Of a stretch of DNA of 39,748 bases, positions 8,547 to 16,250 are shown piece by piece (the stretch's first letter is position 1; each line of letters starts with the position of its first letter). The stretch comes from an uncultured Bacillota bacterium (GTDB lineage Bacteria > Bacillota > Clostridia > Christensenellales > UBA1242). Location: contig CALBYO010000129.1 of assembly GCA_937889705.1 (NCBI GenBank), positions 1 to 39,748 on the forward strand, read 5' to 3'. The position numbers and the translations under genes are program-made. The notes below the pieces were generated by a model. The model was not told where the DNA came from, made no database searches, and saw only the letters and a program-made list of their open reading frames with translations.

Positions 8547-9245
8547 ATGAAAAATAAAGTTGTAAACAAACCAAGGCATATTGGTATTATTTTGGACGGC
8601 AATGGAAGGTGGGCTAAAAAGAGAAATCTTCCAAGAATTGCAGGTCATAAAGAAGGCATTTTTGCCGTTGAGAGAATGATAAAAGCGGCATGCGAAGAAG
8701 GAATTGAAGTCGTGTCGGTTTATGCTTTCTCAACAGAAAATTGGAAGCGAAGTCGCGATGAAGTTGACGGCATTTTTGCGTTAATTGATGATGCTATTGA
8801 TAGAAACAAAGATAAGTTGATTGAAAATAATATAAAACTTCAAATTATGGGTGATAAAAGCAGGCTTAGTGAAAGTTTGCAAGACAAAATTAATAATTTG
8901 ATAGAACTTACAAAAAATAACACAGGACTTATTTTTAATATAGGATTAAACTATGGTGGCAGAGATGAAATTTTAAGAGCAACAAATATTTGCCGTGAAA
9001 AATATCCAAATCAAGAGATAACAAAAGAAATGTTTGAAGCGGAACTTTACACAGCCGGTTTACCAAATTTAGATTTTGTTATAAGGACAAGCGGTGAGAT
9101 GCGTCTTAGCAATTTTATGCTATATCAGGCTGCTTATGCTGAGTTTTATTTTCCTAAAACTTATTGGCCAGATTTTAATAAAAGATTTTTGAAAAAAGCG
9201 CTCAAAGTTTATTCAAAAAGAAATAGAAGATTTGGAAAGGTGTGA
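8547..9245 (+). CDS. uppS: Undecaprenyl-diphosphate synthase (cis-prenyltransferase)
   Basis: HIGIILDGNGRWA, FSTENWKR and IRTSGEMRLSNF motifs. Confidence 0.93.
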   Translation: MKNKVVNKPRHIGIILDGNGRWAKKRNLPRIAGHKEGIFAVERMIKAACEEGIEVVSVYAFSTENWKRSRDEVDGIFALIDDAIDRNKDKLIENNIKLQIMGDKSRLSESLQDKINNLIELTKNNTGLIFNIGLNYGGRDEILRATNICREKYPNQEITKEMFEAELYTAGLPNLDFVIRTSGEMRLSNFMLYQAAYAEFYFPKTYWPDFNKRFLKKALKVYSKRNRRFGKV

Positions 9246-9312
9246 AATTACTTTGTAATTAAATAATTTTGTGCTACTACTATAATTAAATTACAAATAC
9301 AAAAGGTAAATT

Positions 9313-10266
9313 ATGAAGAAAAGAGTTTTAAGTGCATTAGTAATGATTGCTGCCGTTATTGGAGCGTTTGCTTTTAGGTTAATTCCAACATACGGCGTTT
9401 ATGTTTTTGATTTATTTTTGGGCGCGCTCGCAATTTTATGCGCGTTGGAAATGTCAAAATTGTTAGATGGTATGTATATTCTAAACAGCCCTATGGCTAT
9501 TGGAGTATACCCTTCTTTAATGTTTGCAGGTCACATGTTTACATTCTTGTTTAAACTTGACTTTTATTGGTGGTTTGTAATTCAAGCAATTATTTTGGTA
9601 TTTATGTTCCTTGCAACTTATGTTTCTTATTTATTTGATACAAGATATCTTATTAGGTTAAGAAGAGAAACAAAACTTTCAAAAAATAAATTGGCAATCA
9701 AAACAGCGCTTGGCTCACTTATTGCATTTATATATCCAGCAGCATTGTTCTTGGCATTCATGATGACAGATAGAGTTGACGAATTGTCATTCGGTTTTGT
9801 TGAAAACTTCTCAGGCAATCTTGGCTGGCTCATGCTTGTTTGCGCTGTTATTATTCCTGTTATTTCAGATACAGTTGCGCTCCTTTGTGGAATGTTCTTT
9901 AAAGGCACAAAACTTTGTCCAAAAGTAAGCAAAAATAAAACTGTTGCTGGTGCTGCGTTTGCTTGTATGTTCACAGGCGTAATTATGGGCGCACTTTATT
10001 ATTTGTTTAATGTTTTCACAGTTTTTAAAGTGGGTATGGCTGCAACTCATATCTATATGTGGCACTTCATTATTCTTGGCGTTTTGGGTTCAATTTTCAG
10101 TCAATTAGGAGATTTAATTGAATCATTCTTAAAACGCAAAGCAAATGTAAAAGATTCTGGAACAATTTTCCCAGGACATGGCGGTTTCTTAGATAGATTA
10201 GATAGTCATCTTTTCTCAGCAGTTTTTACACTTGTATATTTTGCAATGATATTTATTATTTACTAA
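9313..10266 (+). CDS. cdsA: Phosphatidate cytidylyltransferase
   Basis: Polytopic membrane protein with the CTP-transferase signature GDLIESFLKRKANVKDSGTIFPGHGGFLDRLDS. Confidence 0.88.
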   Translation: MKKRVLSALVMIAAVIGAFAFRLIPTYGVYVFDLFLGALAILCALEMSKLLDGMYILNSPMAIGVYPSLMFAGHMFTFLFKLDFYWWFVIQAIILVFMFLATYVSYLFDTRYLIRLRRETKLSKNKLAIKTALGSLIAFIYPAALFLAFMMTDRVDELSFGFVENFSGNLGWLMLVCAVIIPVISDTVALLCGMFFKGTKLCPKVSKNKTVAGAAFACMFTGVIMGALYYLFNVFTVFKVGMAATHIYMWHFIILGVLGSIFSQLGDLIESFLKRKANVKDSGTIFPGHGGFLDRLDSHLFSAVFTLVYFAMIFIIY

Positions 10267-10278
10267 GAGAGTGGGGAA

Positions 10279-11019
10279 ATGGGCGAGATTAAACATATAT
10301 TTGAAAAAGTTTTAGATGTTTTGTTCCCACAAAATATAAAATGTATGTTTTGCGGCGAGGAAGTAAACGAAAGTGAGTTTTGTTTATGTGATAAGTGTGC
10401 CCATACTGTCGAAAGATGCGAAAAAGTTTGTGATTGTTGCGGTTCAGTTTTGAAATCTGAATCGAAATATTGTTTGATCTGTTTGAATAATAAAAGAGAG
10501 TTCGATTTTGCAAGGGCACCTTATGTTTATAAAGGAAAAGTTATAGCGGCGGTTCATAACTTCAAATATAATGGTGCAAAATACTTGGCTAAGCCATTTG
10601 CAAAATCAATGCTCTCTTCTTTTAATGAATTAAACTCATTAATCGGCGGATTTGATTTTATAATTCCAGTCCCTATGCACAAAGATAAATTGAAAAAGAG
10701 AAAATATAATCAATCAAAATTGCTTGCAAATGAAATTGCAAAGTTGGCAAATTTACCAGTTTATGACGACCTTGTTGTTAAGGTGAAAAATACAGAATCT
10801 CAAACAAAACTATCGCGCCAAGATAGATTTAAAAACATGAAAGATGTTTTTGATATCACTGACAAAAGCAAAGTCAAAGGTAAAAATATTTTGATTGTTG
10901 ATGATATTCTAACAACTGGCGCAACAACGGAAAGCATGGCAAAATTATTGAAAGCCTGCCACGCAAATAAAATTGCAGTTCTAAGTTTTGCAAGAACTGA
11001 TGTTGAAAAAGTACCGTGA
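10279..11019 (+). CDS. comFC: ComF family protein (ComFC-type phosphoribosyltransferase-fold)
   Basis: N-terminal Cys-rich zinc-finger region (CxxC x4) and the PRTase motif ILIVDDILTTGATT. Confidence 0.8.
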   Translation: MGEIKHIFEKVLDVLFPQNIKCMFCGEEVNESEFCLCDKCAHTVERCEKVCDCCGSVLKSESKYCLICLNNKREFDFARAPYVYKGKVIAAVHNFKYNGAKYLAKPFAKSMLSSFNELNSLIGGFDFIIPVPMHKDKLKKRKYNQSKLLANEIAKLANLPVYDDLVVKVKNTESQTKLSRQDRFKNMKDVFDITDKSKVKGKNILIVDDILTTGATTESMAKLLKACHANKIAVLSFARTDVEKVP

Positions 11020-11163
11020 TACTATATTGATGTCAAAATAAATTAAATTTATTGTTAAAATAATATTAACTACAAGGTTATTTCTTATTTTTTTGATGCG
11101 TAAATGTCGAAAATTGTAGAAAATAGTCTAAATTTTTTATAACTAACAAAAGAAGATGCAATA

Positions 11164-12249
11164 ATGGAAAACGGAAACCCCACGAGGAAAAGAACAATTA
11201 TATTTTTAATAGTAATCTCACTGATTTTAACATTCTTGCTAAGTTCGTCAATGGCATGGTATGTTGCAAACAGGTCAGCGTCAGGCTCGGTTATCTTTGA
11301 TAAAGGTATTTTTATTGATTTTGAAAATGTTGACGGCGAAGGCAGAGAAAGAAACTTGGTTTTGACTGACGGAACTTTGTTTGATATTTCAGTTGTGCCA
11401 AATCAAGTTATTGAAATTAAAAATCCTTATATCAAAGCGTTAGAAAATTCTGTTCCATTTTATTTGAGAGTAAAACTTAATTATTTCTCAGAAAAAGATG
11501 GCAACTTAACAGCAGTTACAAAAGATAAGTTGAGTGAAATTGTCAAACTCAATCCTTACGGCAATGCTTTTGACTTCAATTCAAAATTTTTGCCAGACGA
11601 CACCAACGAATGGTTTTATTTTGTAAAAGACGAAAGTGCGAATTTAAGTTCTGCAAATTTGGCGGTTGTTAATCCAAATGATATTGTAAACATTTTTGAA
11701 AACTCAACTATGACCATTGCAGATTTTAATTGTGAAAGCGGTTCGCCAAACGAAATAGATAACTTGGTTATCAAACTTGAAATTCACGCTTTGCAAGTAA
11801 CTGAAACAAGTGCATCTGCCTTTGGGCTTGGTGAGAGCGAAAGTACTTCAACGACTTTGTCTTTGAATGGCGGAGAAGTTACATATTTGACCGATGACAA
11901 CGCTATTGAAATTGTAAAGTTTGATGGAACGGATATTGTGATTGACGATGGCTCTTTGCCAATCACAAATAAAGAAATTACTATAGTTTCAACAGCGTTT
12001 GAAAATGTTGGACTAAATGAAGTAATTGAAGAAAAAGTTATCTTTGTTTATGACAAAGATTTGCTTGAATATTTTGTTGATAATGAGATGTCCAGAGGAA
12101 ATAGTTTTCTTGGCAAGATTGATATAGCAACTAGCGAAGAACTTTATGACTATGTTTTCAATGTCTTGCTTTCAGATAGATTAGACAGTTCTCTTGCTGA
12201 CGAGTTCATGGCTTATAATTTTATTTTGCTTGATACAGATTTGCAATAA
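11164..12249 (+). CDS. Secreted TasA/camelysin-like protein (SipW-dependent-type signal peptide family) with an extra C-terminal domain
   Basis: N-terminus RKR plus hydrophobic core plus SSSMAWYVAN (compare the A-x-F-T-D box). Family-like strands SVIFDKGIFIDFEN, VVPNQVIEIKNPYIKALENSVPFYLRVKL, NEWFYFV and KLEIHALQVTETSASAFG. An unrelated tail of about 145 aa follows. Confidence 0.5.
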   Translation: MENGNPTRKRTIIFLIVISLILTFLLSSSMAWYVANRSASGSVIFDKGIFIDFENVDGEGRERNLVLTDGTLFDISVVPNQVIEIKNPYIKALENSVPFYLRVKLNYFSEKDGNLTAVTKDKLSEIVKLNPYGNAFDFNSKFLPDDTNEWFYFVKDESANLSSANLAVVNPNDIVNIFENSTMTIADFNCESGSPNEIDNLVIKLEIHALQVTETSASAFGLGESESTSTTLSLNGGEVTYLTDDNAIEIVKFDGTDIVIDDGSLPITNKEITIVSTAFENVGLNEVIEEKVIFVYDKDLLEYFVDNEMSRGNSFLGKIDIATSEELYDYVFNVLLSDRLDSSLADEFMAYNFILLDTDLQ

Positions 12250-12252
12250 AAA

Positions 12253-12279
12253 ATAGATGCGGTGGCATCTATTTTTTTT
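12253..12279. terminator. Bidirectional terminator
   Basis: atagatgc-ggtg-gcatctat plus a T-run, between convergent genes. Confidence 0.7.
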
Positions 12280-12625
12280 AGAACAATGCTGGCAAAGAGA
12301 CCAATATTGCTGCGAGTGATAATATAACTTGTGGATTGATTGTTAATCTTTTATCTCTAATCATTGGGATTAATGAAATCACCAAAGCGGACAATGCGGT
12401 TACAAACGCTAAAACAAAGAAAACGATTGCTCCGACTGTTGCGCCAATTACAGGCATTAAATAAGTAAATAATGACAAGAACATTGCGGATACAGACAAG
12501 AACACAGGAAGCATTTCAAAACTAAATAAATTTGTCCAAAAAGTATTTACATTTTTTGTTCTTTGTGATTTTGTTTCAACAAGCACATCGTCTTCATCAC
12601 TATTAAAAATTTCATGTTCATTCAT
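12278..12625 (-). CDS. Small membrane protein (3 predicted TM segments), hypothetical
   Basis: AAGGAGG Shine-Dalgarno 7 nt upstream of the ATG. Acidic N-terminus followed by three hydrophobic stretches. Confidence 0.6.
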   Translation of the reverse strand: MNEHEIFNSDEDDVLVETKSQRTKNVNTFWTNLFSFEMLPVFLSVSAMFLSLFTYLMPVIGATVGAIVFFVLAFVTALSALVISLIPMIRDKRLTINPQVILSLAAILVSLPALF

Positions 12626-12774
12626 AATAAAACCTCCTTAAATAAATTTCATTAAATATTATACGATAATTATTAATTTTTAGCAACAATTTTTATTTAT
12701 GCTTATAAATTTGACAAAAATATTAGTTAAAATTTATTACTTTTGTTATACTAAAAATAAATTAGGAGGTTTTT

Positions 12775-13776
12775 ATGCCTGTAAAAAAACAAAAAGACGA
12801 AAATTTAGAAAGAGAAAAAGTTGGTAAAAAGTCAATTAAAAAAATAAAAAATGAAACGGCAGTTGAAATTTTAAAAGAGCCAACAACTGAAATTTCTAAG
12901 GATAACGACTATGTCCCACAAATTTCAGACGACATGGTTTTGGACGAAGATTACACTTTAAACGATGTTTATGAAGATGTAGACTCTCTTGCTGAGGCAG
13001 ATTTTTATGATGTAAATTATGATCGTGATGTTTTCATGGAATTAAGGAAAATTATAGATAATGCTTTTGCAAAAAGGAATAAAAGTAAAGAAGAAGAGCA
13101 AAAATATGACGATATTGTTTATAATTTGACAACAAATTGTTTGGACAATAAATATTTGCAAGATTTTATGGGTTATTGCTACAAAAAAGGCAAATATGAT
13201 TTTTGTCTTATGAATTTTGAAAAATATATGAAATGGACAATCTTGGCGGCGTCAAGAGGCAATGCTTTCAGTTTGTCAAAATTGCAATTATTTTTGTCGA
13301 ATCAAGTTAATGAACTTTTGTCAATCAATAGAATTGACTTAATTATGGATACATTGGAATTAGATCCTGAACAATTTGTTATGGTTCTTACGAAAAAATT
13401 GTGCGATAGGCTTGTGTTTATTTTAGACTTGTTCCCAGAGGATATGATAAAAGAACAAGAAGTTTTACTTGAACAAAATGACCAGTCTATGAGAAAATTT
13501 GACAAAGCAAAAGAACAGGCTCTTGAAAAAGTTGCCGATGAGTGTCGTGAGTTGATAAATTCAATAAACACTTTAGATGACGAAATTGCAAAAAGCAAAG
13601 AAATTAAAAGAGAGTACGACAGAATGAAAAACAATGCCGAACAAAGCGTTGTTGAAGAAGAAAGCGAGCCAAATGTTTTAACAAACGAGCAAATGGAAGC
13701 GGAAGCGGCAAGACAGGCAAATAGTTCAAATAGATTTACCAAAAAAGAGCCAAGTAAGAAAAAATTTAGATGGTAA
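12775..13776 (+). CDS. Hypothetical cytoplasmic protein with one Sel1-like repeat and a C-terminal coiled-coil/charged region
   Basis: AGGAGG Shine-Dalgarno. KYMKWTILAASRGNAFSLSKL resembles a Sel1 repeat. The E/K-rich C-terminus ends KKKFRW. Confidence 0.55.
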   Translation: MPVKKQKDENLEREKVGKKSIKKIKNETAVEILKEPTTEISKDNDYVPQISDDMVLDEDYTLNDVYEDVDSLAEADFYDVNYDRDVFMELRKIIDNAFAKRNKSKEEEQKYDDIVYNLTTNCLDNKYLQDFMGYCYKKGKYDFCLMNFEKYMKWTILAASRGNAFSLSKLQLFLSNQVNELLSINRIDLIMDTLELDPEQFVMVLTKKLCDRLVFILDLFPEDMIKEQEVLLEQNDQSMRKFDKAKEQALEKVADECRELINSINTLDDEIAKSKEIKREYDRMKNNAEQSVVEEESEPNVLTNEQMEAEAARQANSSNRFTKKEPSKKKFRW

Positions 13777-13788
13777 TAAGGGGCGAAG

Positions 13789-14730
13789 TTGAGCGCAATT
13801 AGGATTGTTACAATTATAATTTTAACATTAATTTTGGTGGCAATTTTTAGTTATTTTTTGCTGACCTACCTTTTGTATTTTATAACTTTACGGAAGGGCG
13901 CGTGGATTGGTAAATATGTAAAAAAAGTTTTTCATGAGAATGAAGACGAATACAAGATTAATCCTGCTTGGTGGGATTTACAAAATGCTCAAAAATTTCA
14001 AATAGAGAATGATGGGCTTAAACTTTCAGGATTTTATATTAAAAATCCGAATGTCAACACAAATAAACTTGCAATTATACTCCATGGCTATTATTCCGAC
14101 CATAGAGATATGAATATACAAGCAAAATTGTTTTTGGAAAAAGGTTTTAACATTTTTTGTCCAGATTCAAGAGCGCATGGAGAAAGTCAAGGCAAAACAA
14201 TCAGCATGGGTTATTTTGAAAAAAATGACCTTAAAAAATGGATTGAATTTTTAACAAATAAATTTGGTAAAGATACGCAAATCGTGATTTTTGGTTGGTC
14301 GATGGGTGCTGCAATTGCAAATTTGTATTGCAGTGGCGAAGTGTCACCAAATGTTAAATGTGTGATATCAGACTGCTCATACAACAATGCTTATGAAGAA
14401 TTTAAATGTATGCTTAAACAAAGAAAACTGCCTAGCGGGCTTGCTATGTTTTTGCTAAACCAGGGCACAAAAATGTATGGCGAATTTTTCTTAAAAGAAG
14501 TTGATGTTGAAAGCGTGATAAAGTTCAACAAAGTGCCAACTTTGTTTATTCATGGCGAAAAAGATAGTTTTGTGCCGAGTTATATGAGTGAAAAACTGTT
14601 TGATGCCAAAGAAAAAGGCTATAAAAAACTGGTTAAATTTGAAAATGCCGAGCATTGCATGAGTTATGCCAGCGATAAAGAAAAGTATGTTAATATAATA
14701 AGTGAATTTATAAGCAGTTATTTTAAGTAA
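13789..14730 (+). CDS. Membrane-anchored alpha/beta hydrolase (S9/DLH-like serine hydrolase)
   Basis: N-terminal TM segment, nucleophile elbow GWSMGA, HGEKDSFVP (Asp) and NAEHCM (His). TTG start with AAGGGG Shine-Dalgarno. Confidence 0.7.
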   Translation: MSAIRIVTIIILTLILVAIFSYFLLTYLLYFITLRKGAWIGKYVKKVFHENEDEYKINPAWWDLQNAQKFQIENDGLKLSGFYIKNPNVNTNKLAIILHGYYSDHRDMNIQAKLFLEKGFNIFCPDSRAHGESQGKTISMGYFEKNDLKKWIEFLTNKFGKDTQIVIFGWSMGAAIANLYCSGEVSPNVKCVISDCSYNNAYEEFKCMLKQRKLPSGLAMFLLNQGTKMYGEFFLKEVDVESVIKFNKVPTLFIHGEKDSFVPSYMSEKLFDAKEKGYKKLVKFENAEHCMSYASDKEKYVNIISEFISSYFK

Positions 14731-14765
14731 TTTGTTTGACTTTAAAATCGCTAAATGTTAATATT

Positions 14766-14798
14766 ATTTCCGCAAGGTTTTGCGGAAATTTTTATTTT
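14766..14798 (+). terminator. Rho-independent terminator
   Basis: atttccgcaa-ggtt-ttgcggaaat hairpin plus a T-run. Confidence 0.75.
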
Positions 14799-14829
14799 AA
14801 AAGCAAAAAAATCGAAATAGGAGAGAAAA

Positions 14830-16239
14830 ATGAAAAAATTTATTAGTATTGCATTAGTTTTTTGTTTGGCTATGACAGCATTTTTATTCGTTGGCTGTGC
14901 AAAGAGTCCAAACACTAACATTAAACTAGACGGCGGTCCAGAACTCAATGAACTTGTAACTGGCAACGGCTCATTCCAAGTTAGAAAAGGCGACTATGTT
15001 TATTTCGCAAGTGGCTATGTTTCAAAATCTGATTTGGGAACAGGCGGACTTACAAACGAACTCGGAGAAGTTACAAATGGTGCTTTGTATCGTGCAAAAG
15101 TTGAACTTAAAAAGACTTTGATTGAAGAAGACAATAATAACGATGACGAAGAAAGCGAACCAAAATATCAAGAAGAATACGTCCTTACAGACGTTCAGTT
15201 GTTATGCTCAAAACTTGTAGGTTTTGAAAACTCAGGCATCTACATTTTTGGTAACAAAATTTATTTTGGTACACCATCAACAATCAAAAATAGCGAAGGA
15301 ACAGTTATGTATAGTTTGCTAACTTTCTATTCAGTTGATTTGAATGGTGAAAACTTGACAGAAGTTTATCAAACACAAGCATTTGCAAGCGGCAAATATT
15401 CTTTCATTTCTATCAACGGCAATTTATATCTCATGATTTTTGATGGCTCACAAATTTTGAGAGTTGATATGAACGGTAATAGCAAAGTTTTGGCAACTGA
15501 TGTTGTATCAGCCGTTTTACCAAAGAGCGAAGTTGTTGCAGATAATTCATACAGTGCAACAGAAAATGAAAAATATGTTTACTATACAACAAAAAATAGT
15601 GAAAATACCGAAACAATTGATTACGGCAATGTTTTAAACAAAGTAAATATTGTTTCAGGCGAAAAAACTGAGTTGTTTAAACAAAGATATATAACAATCA
15701 CTTTAAGCAAATTTGAAAACGATAAACTCTATTATAAGAGAAATGTAATGCTTTCTGAAATGTCACCATCAAGTGAAACATATTTATTCACAAACGATTT
15801 CTCAAAAACAACTTTTGCAGAAAGTGAAAAACAAATAACAAATCAATCTGCAATTACAAACATGGTTGAATACAAATACGAAGCGGAAGAACTTGACGGT
15901 TACACTTATGTAAACGGCGGAAAATTGTATTATCGTTCAAGCGATGGTTTGACAGTTAAAACTTTGTCAACAAGCGCATCATCTGTTTTATTCGTTCAAG
16001 GAAAATATGTTTATTATGTAAGTTCATCAGCAATTTATAGAGTTGATGTGACAAAAGATAATCCAAGTGGACAAAAATTGTCAGATTCTAACACAATTAA
16101 CACATCTTATATAACAATCGATAGCAATTTCGTTTATTTCTATGTTAAAGATTCAAAAACAAGTGTTTATGAAACATACTATGTTGATTTAATCAATTTC
16201 GTAAGCGGTACAACTAAGCCAGTTAAAATTGTTGGATAA
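14830..16239 (+). CDS. Lipoprotein with DUF5050-like beta-propeller repeats
   Basis: Signal peptide ending in the lipobox LFVGC. Recurrent blades GDYVYFA, GNKIYFGT, GNLYLMIFDGSQILRVDMNG, KYVYYTT, DKLYYKR, GKLYYRSSDG, GKYVYYVSSSAIYRVD and NFVYFYV. Confidence 0.65.
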   Translation: MKKFISIALVFCLAMTAFLFVGCAKSPNTNIKLDGGPELNELVTGNGSFQVRKGDYVYFASGYVSKSDLGTGGLTNELGEVTNGALYRAKVELKKTLIEEDNNNDDEESEPKYQEEYVLTDVQLLCSKLVGFENSGIYIFGNKIYFGTPSTIKNSEGTVMYSLLTFYSVDLNGENLTEVYQTQAFASGKYSFISINGNLYLMIFDGSQILRVDMNGNSKVLATDVVSAVLPKSEVVADNSYSATENEKYVYYTTKNSENTETIDYGNVLNKVNIVSGEKTELFKQRYITITLSKFENDKLYYKRNVMLSEMSPSSETYLFTNDFSKTTFAESEKQITNQSAITNMVEYKYEAEELDGYTYVNGGKLYYRSSDGLTVKTLSTSASSVLFVQGKYVYYVSSSAIYRVDVTKDNPSGQKLSDSNTINTSYITIDSNFVYFYVKDSKTSVYETYYVDLINFVSGTTKPVKIVG

Positions 16240-16250
16240 AAGGATAAAAT

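Noticed and set aside
13302-13742. 146-aa minus-strand ORF inside the 333-aa gene
   Set aside because: It is the antisense shadow of a purine-rich coding region, with low-complexity Ser/Leu/Phe content. The plus-strand gene has a perfect AGGAGG Shine-Dalgarno.
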